This document shows, one piece after another, positions 8,293 through 18,054 of a DNA stretch of 64,000 bases; positions within the stretch are counted from its first letter, which is position 1, and each line of letters begins with the position of its first letter. A program made the translations under genes and the position numbers. The DNA comes from Pseudobdellovibrionaceae bacterium (lineage in GTDB: Bacteria > Bdellovibrionota > Bdellovibrionia > Bdellovibrionales > UBA1609). The stretch is taken from positions 80,239-144,238 of the forward strand of contig JABJQG010000053.1 of the NCBI GenBank assembly GCA_018663505.1. Reading direction: 5' to 3'. The notes beneath the pieces are model-generated. The model was not told the origin of the DNA, ran no database searches, and worked only from the letters and a program-made list of their open reading frames with translations.

Positions 8293-10482
8293 TTACTTAC
8301 AGTCCAACAGACGTTTTAAGCGACATATTGCTGTGTAGCGCTTAGATACTCGATGAAAGATATCTGTGTGAGCTCCGCCAATTTCGGAGTTTAAAGAGCG
8401 TCCTAATCCAGCTATGCTTCTTTTGTTTTTAGGCTTAGATTTTTTACTGGGTAGGTAATCCTTAAGACTAAATCGTTTCTTTTGATCAAACTTACCAGAG
8501 CCACCTCTGCTATATCCCTTAAAGCCTCCACCAGAACTCACAGCCACATTTGAGGTATAACCGCCACCGCCACGTGCGCCTCTTAAAATATTTGTTTTAT
8601 AACCAGCGCCACCGCCAGACCCGCCGCCACCGGCTGCGCCCATTCCGCCACCGCTGTCTCCAGACATTTGAGGACCGCCTGTTCCGCCACCGCCAATTCC
8701 GGGATTTTCGGAAGGTGTTCCACCAGCTATGGGACCACCAATGACGTCTCCTTCAACTAAACTGTCACCATCATCATCGTTATATGCATCACCACCAAGC
8801 TCTGGTCGGCCTCCTACTGCCGCCAAACCACGACCTCCGCCATTATCGCCAAAAGATGCTGTGGTTGGTGGTGGAAGCAATAAACCTGTACATTGTGTTG
8901 ATGACCTATTGACCGCTTCACGACAAAACAAACAGGTGGGATTTGTTGCATTTATAGGGTTTGTACAGTCTCCATTGAAGGCTGTTTCAACCACAGGAAG
9001 TCCTGTGGCTTGAGTAGCAACACGCTCTTCACAGTCTCTAGCCAGTTGGCCTTGTATCATAGTTTTAATGGATTGAGCCACATGTGCATCTTGTTTCTGC
9101 TCTAGCTTTCCACAAATACCAATATCCTGTTCTAAACTAGCTAAAGTATCGGAGTATCTCTCACGCTCTTTACAATTAGCTCTAAAGTTATCATCTAAAC
9201 GCCAAGACAGAATCTCCACACTTTTACCTGAGGAACAGTTTTTATTATTATATTTAGTGGTTAGCTTTTCATATTTATCTATGGTGGGTTCACAAGTATC
9301 TTTACAAGTATCACGAGAGCTTTTACAAACTCCAGAAGAAGCAAGGGCAGTAAATGTCCCTACATCAGAAATATTCTTAAGTTGCTCACAATGTTTAGCA
9401 ATAGAATTAATCTGCCCAGCTCGAGCCGTATTCGCTATCTGAGTGACTCCAGATAAGATTTGTCCAATAATCTCAGGTTTACCAGTTACGCATGCTAAAA
9501 TATCCCCACAGCATTGTGTGGCCTCTTCTTGTGTGTCATCACATTGCTTTTTATCTGCTACTCTTTCTGCTTTTTGGATTGGGTCTTTGGCACTTAGGTC
9601 TCTTATGTGGTCTTGTACAGTATTTCCAATATTACCCGCTGCTAAAATTCCATCCACACACTTTTCTCCTATTTGAGGAGCGGAACATTTGTGAATTTTT
9701 TTAAGTAAACATAAAGTGTCGTCTATTTCACAACCCATAATGGCCGAGGAGATACTTGATACAGTAGTTATACTAGATATACCTTGGGCCGCACTTGCTG
9801 CAGCCACAGCTTGCGCTTTTTTCATTTCGCAAGTTTGATTCACACAACTGTTCTCAGGCTCAATACCTTGTAAGGTGCTTTCTACAATTTTTTTAACACA
9901 TTCTAGATCTCCGCCACATGGTGGCTTTGCAACATCGCCATTTTTTGGGATAAGAGTGTCGTCATTATTTGGCTTTGCAGGCACCCTTGGAGTATCTGCT
10001 ACAGACTTACACTTTGATGGCACTGGTATACCTGAAAGTGCCGCCATTCTCCGAGTCATTTCACAAGTTGTATTTTCAATTTTCTCTAATTCGTCAGGCT
10101 GCCTAGTTGAATCGGTACTAGTTATATAGTCAGTATTTCCTGTATCACCACCTTCGGCAAAAAAACCAAGATCATCACTAATTATCCTTCTAACTGGATC
10201 AAAACAGCGCAATTTTCCATAACTTGAAACTATAACCCTGCCTTGCCAATCACAGGCCTCCAAGTATTCTTTCATTTCAGTGTCGAAAGGATTATAAGTA
10301 ATATTAACCTTTTCAGATTGCAATTTTCGCCTATTTTTATCTTTAACTGCTGTGGGAACTAAGCCTTCACAAACGCCATCGCTATAATTAAACGAAACAC
10401 GATTACCTTTATAGCAATCACCTGCTAGTATCATGAATGGAAAATTGAATATAAACAGCACCAAAAAAATATATGTTTTCAT
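8293..10482 (-). CDS. Secreted Cys-rich protein with a Gly-rich low-complexity region and a basic C-terminal tail; function unknown
   Basis: GGAGG lies upstream of ATG 10482. Signal peptide MKTYIFLVLFIFNFPFMILAG. About 30 Cys in the first ~540 aa. This is followed by GGGGTGGPQMSGDSGGGMGAAGGGGSGGGAGY...GGGGY...GGGFKGYSRGGSG and a K/R-rich end. Confidence 0.75.
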   Translation of the reverse strand: MKTYIFLVLFIFNFPFMILAGDCYKGNRVSFNYSDGVCEGLVPTAVKDKNRRKLQSEKVNITYNPFDTEMKEYLEACDWQGRVIVSSYGKLRCFDPVRRIISDDLGFFAEGGDTGNTDYITSTDSTRQPDELEKIENTTCEMTRRMAALSGIPVPSKCKSVADTPRVPAKPNNDDTLIPKNGDVAKPPCGGDLECVKKIVESTLQGIEPENSCVNQTCEMKKAQAVAAASAAQGISSITTVSSISSAIMGCEIDDTLCLLKKIHKCSAPQIGEKCVDGILAAGNIGNTVQDHIRDLSAKDPIQKAERVADKKQCDDTQEEATQCCGDILACVTGKPEIIGQILSGVTQIANTARAGQINSIAKHCEQLKNISDVGTFTALASSGVCKSSRDTCKDTCEPTIDKYEKLTTKYNNKNCSSGKSVEILSWRLDDNFRANCKERERYSDTLASLEQDIGICGKLEQKQDAHVAQSIKTMIQGQLARDCEERVATQATGLPVVETAFNGDCTNPINATNPTCLFCREAVNRSSTQCTGLLLPPPTTASFGDNGGGRGLAAVGGRPELGGDAYNDDDGDSLVEGDVIGGPIAGGTPSENPGIGGGGTGGPQMSGDSGGGMGAAGGGGSGGGAGYKTNILRGARGGGGYTSNVAVSSGGGFKGYSRGGSGKFDQKKRFSLKDYLPSKKSKPKNKRSIAGLGRSLNSEIGGAHTDIFHRVSKRYTAICRLKRLLDCK

Positions 10483-10599
10483 GCAGCCTCCAATATCCCT
10501 ATCGGAAGACTAGTTGTTTCACTTTAGTACAAATCAATTTTAATAATATGACAAATAGTTACAGGTACTTAGGTTTCCTAACTCAAGCTTCGGCTCTAC

Positions 10600-11808
10600 T
10601 TAGTTTAAAATTCTTACGGCTCTATTGAAAGACTTTTTCTTATCAACTGACTTAGCATTTGTATTCGGATCAGTATTAATTTTGAGTTTAGCCCCTCTAT
10701 GAATGGCCACTAAGAACCGCGCCCCTTTCTCTGTAACTGCAATGAGAGCCCCGCCAGAATGATGATTTTCAGTGTTGCACTTATGGCTTACAAGACCAAA
10801 TTGACCACCTAATTGAACGTCAGTACACATTGTTACAGTTCTCACAACCTCATTTTCATAAAGTTTACTTTCGTTACCTGCCGAAACCATAAAATAATAA
10901 ACCTTACTCCCTAAAGCCTTCAGTTCTTTATCAGAAATAAGAGAGAAAGGTTCTATTTTCTTAGCCTCCGTCCCAAAGTTTAACAGGCTTTCCATAGCAT
11001 CTTCACGCAAAGATATCTCGCACCGATCTTTATAAATCTCCTCAACAGGCAGTTTTGTAGGAGTTTTGGTGCCACAGTCCAAGTTATCAAAAGAGACACC
11101 AAAGCGGTCCCTCTTAGAAATATCCGCAGAGTTAGGGTCCATAACTGTGGCGTTTAGTGAATATGCTAATTCAACATCTTTATTTTTAGCACCTTTTACA
11201 ATACTCTCAATATTTGAATCACCTGCTTCACCATAAAAACTGTGTGCAGTTGAAATAACTTTTACTTTACCTTCAGACTTATAAACTATTGCTGTACCTC
11301 TGCGACGTTCTTTACCTTTATCCACACTTATGGACAAAACTCCCAAATAACTATTCAAAACATCCTCATTATATGCAAACAGACTCTGCTTTTTGTGGAA
11401 CTCATAAACCTTCAGCAGGCCACCCTTTGGATCTTGCCCACTGCAGGCTCCAGTCTTAATGTCCTCAAAGTATTTATCAACAACCTTTGTGCCATCCACT
11501 ACATAATCTTGAACTTGCTCTAAAGATATTGGATTAACTTCTCTCTCCATCATCTCATTGGCTTGTGACATAAGTTCATCCATCATTTCATTTCGCTGAT
11601 TCATATGACGATTAAGCTTTTCTTTTTCCATAGCTCTACGTGTAGCCGGATCTGAAGAAAAAACTACTTCTTCAGAGAAGTCTCTAAGAAGGGCGTCCTG
11701 TAAAACAGGTTCGTTTTCTTCCTGTGCCTGAATAGTTGGAATAAATAAAAAGTAAGTAATTACGAAAATTAGGAGGGATGAGAAAATTAAATTGATTGAG
11801 TTTTTCAT
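10600..11808 (-). CDS. Secreted trypsin-like (chymotrypsin-fold) serine peptidase, putative
   Basis: The track start at 11832 is TTG. ATG 11808, preceded by GAGG, is the more likely start. Signal/anchor segment LIFSSLLIFVITYFLFIPTIQAQ. Motifs VISTAHSF (His region) and HHSGGALIAV...LVAIHRG (Ser region) resemble TAAHC and GDSGGP. Confidence 0.5.
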   Translation of the reverse strand: MKNSINLIFSSLLIFVITYFLFIPTIQAQEENEPVLQDALLRDFSEEVVFSSDPATRRAMEKEKLNRHMNQRNEMMDELMSQANEMMEREVNPISLEQVQDYVVDGTKVVDKYFEDIKTGACSGQDPKGGLLKVYEFHKKQSLFAYNEDVLNSYLGVLSISVDKGKERRRGTAIVYKSEGKVKVISTAHSFYGEAGDSNIESIVKGAKNKDVELAYSLNATVMDPNSADISKRDRFGVSFDNLDCGTKTPTKLPVEEIYKDRCEISLREDAMESLLNFGTEAKKIEPFSLISDKELKALGSKVYYFMVSAGNESKLYENEVVRTVTMCTDVQLGGQFGLVSHKCNTENHHSGGALIAVTEKGARFLVAIHRGAKLKINTDPNTNAKSVDKKKSFNRAVRILN

Positions 11809-12103
11809 GTTAACCTCGGGAATACTTTTCAAACTGTACCAACACCTTTTATTTGCCCATAATTATACCACTAATCCCTTGAAATCACCTCTGTTTTAGC
11901 AACCGTGGTAATTATTACAGGACTGTATTTAAGTTTAACAATTTAAGACTATATACTCACCTGATTTGCTGATTTGAATCATACTTTAGTATAGTAAATC
12001 AGGCACTTTTGACCTCTGACTTAGGGCTAGTGCATTTCAGTCAGAAAAAGAATTGAAAATTTGCTTCAGAAAACCTGGTTAAATGAACTAAAAGAAAGTC
12101 ATT

Positions 12104-12123
12104 AACTCTCCCCGGGGACAGTT
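12104..12123. repeat. CCCCGGGG-core palindromic repeat, copy 2
   Basis: AACTCTCCCCGGGGACAGTT, with one mismatch pair in the palindrome. Confidence 0.75.
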
Positions 12124-12304
12124 TTAGCAATCCACCTCTCCTGTTGTTGAACTGTAATTTCTTTAGTTTCAGCATTTTATACAGTTAGAAAATAATCCGG
12201 AGATAAGTTGCACGTAGATACATTCACAACATTAATGACCAGCCGGGTTCTTTTCCCTATACGCCATTTTTGATTTTTATCTAAATAATAATCATTACTT
12301 TTAC

Positions 12305-12372
12305 TATTTGTATTTGTATTTGTATTTGTATTTGTATCTTTTATTTTTATTTTTATTTTTATTTTTATTTTA
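12305..12372. repeat. Compound hexanucleotide microsatellite (TATTTG)5 followed by (TTTTTA)~5.5
   Basis: Read directly: five perfect TATTTG units at 12305-12334, then T5A units at 12339-12372. Located in a 900-bp ORF-free intergenic region. Confidence 0.9.
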
Positions 12373-12565
12373 AAAAATAGAACTTACATCACAACCAAAG
12401 AGAGACTTCTCTCACATACTTATAAATATTTTCAATCACTCGCTGCATTAATCAAAAAATATTTGACAGTGTTACACTAGCAAAACTGCTGAAACAACTC
12501 AATCATAATGTCATCAACTGGTTGAGCTAGTGACTCTCTAAACAGACTTCTCTTGGAGTAAATTC

Positions 12566-12593
12566 AATGAACTGTCCCCGGGGACAGTTCATT
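12566..12593. repeat. CCCCGGGG-core palindromic repeat, copy 3
   Basis: Perfect 28-bp palindrome AATGAACTGTCCCCGGGGACAGTTCATT. Confidence 0.8.
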
Positions 12594-12738
12594 ATTGCTA
12601 TCTCTCCCCACCTTATCCTTGAGGTTAAAATTAGAATTTCAAAACCCATGTTACAACTATCTTAGTAAGTAATAAATAGACCCAATTCACCACGTAATCA
12701 CATTATAGATTAAGGTCAAAAGACGAAAGGTAATTCCC

Positions 12739-13662
12739 ATGTACAACAATTTCAACATAGCTAAAAAGCAAATGACCAATAAAGACTTTGCCTTTATTAA
12801 CCAACAGGCCATCAATGCTGTGAAAACTTTAAAGAAGGCCGAGTATGATTTGATTAAGGTTTTGCAAAAAGTTGATGAGAAAAAGGTTTATGCTTATTAT
12901 GGTTTTCGAAGCCTTTTTCAATATAGCCTCTCGGCCTTGCACCTTACTGAATCTCAGGCCTATAGCTATATCAACGTGGCTCGGAAGTCTCAACAATGTC
13001 CTGCTTTAGATGAAGCTCTTAAGAATAAAGAAATTTCTGTTTCTAAACTTAAACAAGTGATTGCCCAAATTACCCCCTCTAATCAAACTGAGTGGATAGA
13101 TCGAGTTAAAACAATGAGTAAACGTGAACTTGAAAATCTTGTTGCTAAATCAAACCCGCATATACGCATCCCAGAACAAGCGCGTATGGTTGCAGAAAAC
13201 CTAATTCATTTACAAATGCCTATTAGCGAAAACCGCTTTAAAAAGTTTCAACGTGTTAACGAGCTTCTTTGTCAAAAAACTAACAAAGTGATCAAAATGC
13301 AAGATATTGTAGAACAACTTTGTGATTTTTATATTGAAAAAAACGATCCCCTGAAAAAGGCAGAGCGTGCGGAAAAACGAATAAAAAGAAAGCCAAACAG
13401 GATCACTTTACAAAACAAAGCAAAGCCAATTGTAGCTTCACAGACAAATAGAGCCGCCATTCCATCTAGTATACAAAACCAAGTTTATCTACGAGATCAG
13501 GGTTGTTGTCAGTTTTTAGACGCCACTGGAAAAAAATGTAGAGAAAGGCGTTGGTTGGATTACCATCATGTAATTCCTGTGAAAAAAGGTGGAGAACACA
13601 GCCTTAAAAATTTAACCCTTTTGTGTCGTGGACATCATCGCAGCCTGCATTTTATAACTTAA
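12739..13662 (+). CDS. HNH endonuclease with a DUF222-like helical N-terminal domain
   Basis: C-terminal HNH motif CCQFLDATGKKCRERRWLDYHHVIPVKKGGEHSLKNLTLLCRGHHRSLH. The N-terminal part (GFRSLFQYSLSALHLTESQAYSYINVARKSQQCPALDEALKNKEISVSKL) resembles DUF222-type HNH proteins. Confidence 0.8.
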   Translation: MYNNFNIAKKQMTNKDFAFINQQAINAVKTLKKAEYDLIKVLQKVDEKKVYAYYGFRSLFQYSLSALHLTESQAYSYINVARKSQQCPALDEALKNKEISVSKLKQVIAQITPSNQTEWIDRVKTMSKRELENLVAKSNPHIRIPEQARMVAENLIHLQMPISENRFKKFQRVNELLCQKTNKVIKMQDIVEQLCDFYIEKNDPLKKAERAEKRIKRKPNRITLQNKAKPIVASQTNRAAIPSSIQNQVYLRDQGCCQFLDATGKKCRERRWLDYHHVIPVKKGGEHSLKNLTLLCRGHHRSLHFIT

Positions 13663-13751
13663 CTACTTATTTTGAATTTATGCGACTTTATCGTAACTCA
13701 CTGGACTGAGTGCTCTTAAAATTGTTTAGTATGTGAAATAGACCCAGCACG

Positions 13752-13855
13752 GAAGCATAGAAGCATAGAAGCATAGAAGCATAGAAGCATAGAAGCATAG
13801 AAGCATAGAAGCATAGAAGCATAGAAGCATAGAAGAATAGAAGAATAGAAGAATA
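13752..13855. repeat. Octanucleotide microsatellite (GAAGCATA)10(GAAGAATA)3
   Basis: Read directly: 13 perfect 8-bp units, starting 90 nt downstream of the HNH stop. The plus strand is closed in all frames because each unit contains TAG. Confidence 0.9.
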
Positions 13856-14158
13856 GAAGAGTGGATAAAAGCCCTTGAACAAGCAGAGAATTTTATCGAC
13901 TCTAGTGACCCTGAACACATTGGTTGTCTTTTTTATTCTCTTAAAACAAAAAACTTTGTAAAACCCGAAGAAGAGAATACTTTGCTTAAAGGTGCAGTTG
14001 AACATTATGGCCAAGCTCGAGGGGTGTTACCACGAATCCTCTAAAAGTGTTCGATAATGTCAAAAAATCACTGGTATTTTAAATAAAAATTCGGGTTTAT
14101 AATACACAAGTATTTCTACCTTAACAAATATTGATAAATTGTAAATGAGAACCAATCA

Positions 14159-14449
14159 CTATATGCCTGTGTGTTGTTGTTTTACAAACCCCATCACTTT
14201 ACATAAATTGGCTAGAGGTGGGTTGCTGTTATCATCACACATATCGTATAAAGTTTTTTTGGAAAGACCTGTTAAAAAAGATACCTTTGAGGCTCCGAAT
14301 CTTTGTAACACTATTAGCAGAGTTGATTTAATATCATCAATATCACCATCACTCCAGGATTTGAAGAAACTTTTAGTTACCTCATCATTTGAATATTTAA
14401 TTGTATTTTCTTGGTTCTCTGTTTGTTTCAATTTCATTTTCATTTTCAT
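14159..14449 (-). CDS. Addiction-module antidote protein, HigA-like (COG3636 / HI1420-type HTH), without an adjacent toxin gene
   Basis: DIDDIKSTLLIVLQRFGASKVSFLTGLSKKTLYDMCDDNSNPPLANLCKVMGFV matches the pattern aL..i.ra.G...la..tGlsre.LY..ls..gNP.l.tl.kv..alG. An AGGA-type RBS lies upstream. Confidence 0.6.
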   Translation of the reverse strand: MKMKMKLKQTENQENTIKYSNDEVTKSFFKSWSDGDIDDIKSTLLIVLQRFGASKVSFLTGLSKKTLYDMCDDNSNPPLANLCKVMGFVKQQHTGI

Positions 14450-14522
14450 TTTCCTATTTTCTTATGTATATTTTTAAAATTGTAAATCTTCAATTCAAAA
14501 TGCTATCTATTCAATGTAATTT

Positions 14523-14646
<124 letters not shown>

Positions 14647-14763
14647 CTGTTTTCTTCGCTGTTTCATCATTTTATCACTTCATTGTTTCAGACTATATTG
14701 CTTTATTTTATCATTACTCAATTTATTCACAATCGCTTAGCAACATTCAAATTATTAACTGTG

Positions 14764-15975
14764 TTAAACCAATGGTAAACATAAAGAAACATGACACCCA
14801 TTTTCTTGTTTACTTTTTATTTTTAATTGACCGCCACTGCTTTTTGCAAAAAGCGTTGCGTTCATTAATCCTAATCCGTGCCCTGTTGTTTTTGTAGTTA
14901 CTTGAATGTTTTTATTAATTTTATCCAGGACTGCCTTATCCATGCCTATACCATTATCTTTAATATGAATCGTCACCATATTATCAATTTTTTCTAAACT
15001 CACATTTATTTTTGACTTCTTTCTTTTATCACCTACTGACTCTCTGGCGTTATTAATGAGGTTCGACAATACGCTATACAATTCCCTCTCGTTAACCTTG
15101 GACAAATGACTTATACCTCTACAGTTAAAAATAATTTCAACATTCTGATTTTTAAATTCCAAACCCTTATGTGCTGTAACTTCATGTAGAAGGCTATTTA
15201 AATTTACTACTCCTGTGCTACCCCTCTCTCTCTGCATTCTCGCTCGCTCCGATGCTCTACAAAGTGGTTCATTTACTAAATTCAATGGCGATGCACCTTT
15301 CGAAATTTTATTAAATATACTTGTGGGAATAAACTGACTAGGATTGTTAAACATCTTAATTGTGTTAAGTTCTTTTTTTAATCTAATAAGCACACTGGAG
15401 TTTACTTGATCCACACAGACAGGATCTAAACTTCCAGAGAGGTTCGAATCCTCATTAGAGTTTTGGCTAAGATTGGAGTCTAGAATAAACTTAGATTTTG
15501 GACCTGCTTTGAAATAAGTGCTCTCCTCAATATTAACATTTAGCCCCTTCTCAATATTAATATTTAACTCCTTAGGAATATTAACACTTAACCCCTCATG
15601 ATTAACTACATCTTCATCACAATTATCTGACTTACCGTTCAAGTCATTATCCTTAAGACCACTTAATAATTCACCAGCGATTTGCTGAATACGCTCTGAG
15701 GCCGAGCACAATAACTGAGAGCCTTTTTTACTATTAGGCACTGAGGACGCAATTTTTATCACACTTAAAGGAGACTTTATATCGTGACAAACCTGAGCTA
15801 CCATTTTACCTAAACCCACTAACTGCTGCTCTTTTTTTAGTTGATGCTTTAACAACACCAACTCTTTCTGAAGCAGGTCATAACGTTTCTTTTCTTCTTT
15901 TAACATTTTTTGGCTTTCGAAATTTCGTTTATTTTGAAAATCAATCATGGATATTACTTTTTCTTGCGCTCTCAT
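14764..15975 (-). CDS. Cytoplasmic sensor histidine kinase with a coiled-coil N-terminus
   Basis: H-box VCHDIKSPLSVI, N-box NLINNARESV, G1 DNGIGM, G2 GHGLGL. No TM segments. Confidence 0.85.
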   Translation of the reverse strand: MRAQEKVISMIDFQNKRNFESQKMLKEEKKRYDLLQKELVLLKHQLKKEQQLVGLGKMVAQVCHDIKSPLSVIKIASSVPNSKKGSQLLCSASERIQQIAGELLSGLKDNDLNGKSDNCDEDVVNHEGLSVNIPKELNINIEKGLNVNIEESTYFKAGPKSKFILDSNLSQNSNEDSNLSGSLDPVCVDQVNSSVLIRLKKELNTIKMFNNPSQFIPTSIFNKISKGASPLNLVNEPLCRASERARMQRERGSTGVVNLNSLLHEVTAHKGLEFKNQNVEIIFNCRGISHLSKVNERELYSVLSNLINNARESVGDKRKKSKINVSLEKIDNMVTIHIKDNGIGMDKAVLDKINKNIQVTTKTTGHGLGLMNATLFAKSSGGQLKIKSKQENGCHVSLCLPLV

Positions 15976-16512
15976 TTCTACCCTTCTTCTTTAGCATTCA
16001 AATTATGTTTTTTTGAACCTCTGTCATTTTCTCGCTGATTCCTAATTAAGAAATTAAATCAGCTACCTAAAAACAAAACTCAAAACCTCTCCAACTTTAA
16101 CCACAAAACAAAAGAGGTGACTTTGTATATGATCAGCTACTTGAGCAAACGACGTGCCGAAAAATTTGAGGTATTTTTAGACAAATTGGTGTCACAATTG
16201 TCAATATCATGAAATTTTTTCACGGTGACATGACCGTGCTCCAGTGCGTCGCAAGGACTTTCTGACACCGCTTAGAGGTTAGTAAGACAACCCCATTAGG
16301 TCAAAGCCGACGATCCTGTTAGAAAAGTATTCCTTAGCACTGTCAGTACTCACAGCGGACATGCTTGGCACATACTTCTTTCACCGAGAAATAGTAGGCT
16401 TTAGTTTTCGCTCAATTCTCGAAAACTTTTTGACCATAGATATAATTAAAAAATTAAAAAAAACTGCTCCAAACCAACACTTTAGTTACTCAATGAAAAC
16501 TTTAATCATTAA

Positions 16513-17778
16513 TCATCGTCTCGTTCTATTTCCTGATTTCATTTCAATAGACCTAATTATTCCACCGGTGAGATCAATCATCTCTATGGGAATTGTTAAA
16601 GCTCGCTCATCATGACTGATACGCTGAGCTCCCCAACTACTATGAACCTTTAATGCTACTATGTGACCATGCTCATCCAACTTATACCCTTTTATAGTGA
16701 CACTGTGAGCAGTGCTCATTTGCTGATCCGCCAGCTTTATGGCATCAATATCTAACTTCCCATCTTTTAAAGGCATTATATAATGTCCTTTTTTAGCTCC
16801 AGACTTCACAAGAAATTTATCTAAATTTCTATAAGTAAGATACAGTTCCACTTTATGATCAATGGCTGTTTTAAGAATTTGCTCTTGCCTTTGGATAATA
16901 ATCAAGGGGTCATCATTAAAAAATCTTTCCTTAAAAGCAATATCCTCACTGATAAATCGCAAATTGTTATATTGGGGCGAAATTAATCGTCTTGTGCTCA
17001 TTTTCTTTTCAACACTAATAAGAGAAGATCTTACATCCGCAAGAATAGCATTAAGCATATTTACAACTTCATCCATCTGGACTTGAATCAACGCCTTTCT
17101 TTCTAAAGATTTGTACTGCTTCACTAATATTTCAGAATTACGAAAAAAATATTTAATTTCCTGCATTTTAACTTCAATTTCTTTAAAATGTGCAGCTACT
17201 TTTTTAGACTCTAGATATTCTTCAGCTTGTGATTGCTTACTAACTACCAGCGGCCTTACCCCAGATAAATCTTTTAGTATATTAGACATTGAATTGGGTG
17301 GTTCTAAGTTTGTCTTTAATTTTTCGCTATGAAGTGATATTCCAAATTTAAATCTTACTCCATCTTCAAACCAGAGAGAGTCCTCTCTCTTACCGGAGGA
17401 TCTCGCCTTATAATTTTGTTTATCCAACGAAGGGTTCAATTCATTTTTTTGAGAAGCAAAACTCTGAAGTAATTTTTCCACTTTTATCATAACAAGCTGT
17501 AAGGCTAAGTGTTCTCGATTTACACTGACCTCACGCCCCATAAAATAGGAGAAGCTGCTACTTAATGATCGAGCCCAGGTTTCAAAATAACAGGTCCCAC
17601 CACACTGTTGTAATATTGGAGTCTCAATTAATTTCACACGCGAAAACAGCCGTATGCACTGGTATTTAACCGGTGCTCCTGAGGACATAGTAAATGTGAC
17701 AAAAATGGCTAATAAAATACCATATTTTATCCACTTTTTAGGCCCACATGAATAGACATTAAGCTGTTGAAATCTCAT
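16513..17778 (-). CDS. Papain-superfamily cysteine peptidase with C1B (aminopeptidase C / bleomycin hydrolase)-like spacing and an N-terminal signal/anchor
   Basis: LQQCGGTCYFETWARS resembles Q-x5-CGxCWxF. About 300 aa later, TAHSVTIKGYKLDEHGHIVALKVHSSWG resembles HAMxxxG...WxVxNSWG. A hydrophobic N-terminal segment is present (ILLAIFVTFTMSSGA). Confidence 0.55.
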   Translation of the reverse strand: MRFQQLNVYSCGPKKWIKYGILLAIFVTFTMSSGAPVKYQCIRLFSRVKLIETPILQQCGGTCYFETWARSLSSSFSYFMGREVSVNREHLALQLVMIKVEKLLQSFASQKNELNPSLDKQNYKARSSGKREDSLWFEDGVRFKFGISLHSEKLKTNLEPPNSMSNILKDLSGVRPLVVSKQSQAEEYLESKKVAAHFKEIEVKMQEIKYFFRNSEILVKQYKSLERKALIQVQMDEVVNMLNAILADVRSSLISVEKKMSTRRLISPQYNNLRFISEDIAFKERFFNDDPLIIIQRQEQILKTAIDHKVELYLTYRNLDKFLVKSGAKKGHYIMPLKDGKLDIDAIKLADQQMSTAHSVTIKGYKLDEHGHIVALKVHSSWGAQRISHDERALTIPIEMIDLTGGIIRSIEMKSGNRTRR

Positions 17779-18054
17779 GGAAATAATTAATGCAAGGGAC
17801 TTGCCAATAATGCAATTTTTCTAGGGACAAAGACATTCCTTTCTCAGCTAAAATAGAACAGTTTTAGGGAAATATTGCATTGTTAGCCTTATTGTGTAGC
17901 AGTCCTCATTTAGTATGAGATCCCTAAAATCAATCACTTATCCATTTAAACTTCTAGTTTTTTTTACTTTAACAAAATATCAGGGCCAAGATCTAGCTAC
18001 TGGCCACTTCCAGATTTTTCATAATGATTCCATAAAATTATCCGATAATGATGT

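Noticed and set aside
8550-9013. Track ORFs 8550..8744(+) and 8729..9013(+), plus other plus-strand ORFs inside 8293..10482
   Set aside because: They lie antisense in the GC-rich Gly-block of the 729-aa gene. They have Arg/Pro/His-rich nonsense composition and no RBS.
13688-14014. Track ORFs 13688..14014(-) and 13726..13920(-) with MLLCFYAS repeats
   Set aside because: They are read-through of the 8-bp microsatellite on the strand that happens to lack stops. An 8-nt unit cycles through all three frames every 24 nt, giving an artificial 8-aa periodic peptide. No RBS is present and the composition is not protein-like.
15441-15451. GGTTCGAATCC, a tRNA T-loop-like sequence
   Set aside because: It lies inside the well-supported histidine kinase CDS. 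The flanks do not form a T-stem (AGAGG/CCTCA is imperfect), acceptor stem or anticodon arm.
16129-16266. Two tiny ATGA-coupled ORFs (27 aa at 16129-16212 and 18 aa at 16209-16265) in the spacer between the kinase and C1B peptidase genes
   Set aside because: An AGAGGTGA-like RBS precedes the first. However, both ORFs are very short, unrecognisable, and cannot be supported from sequence alone.
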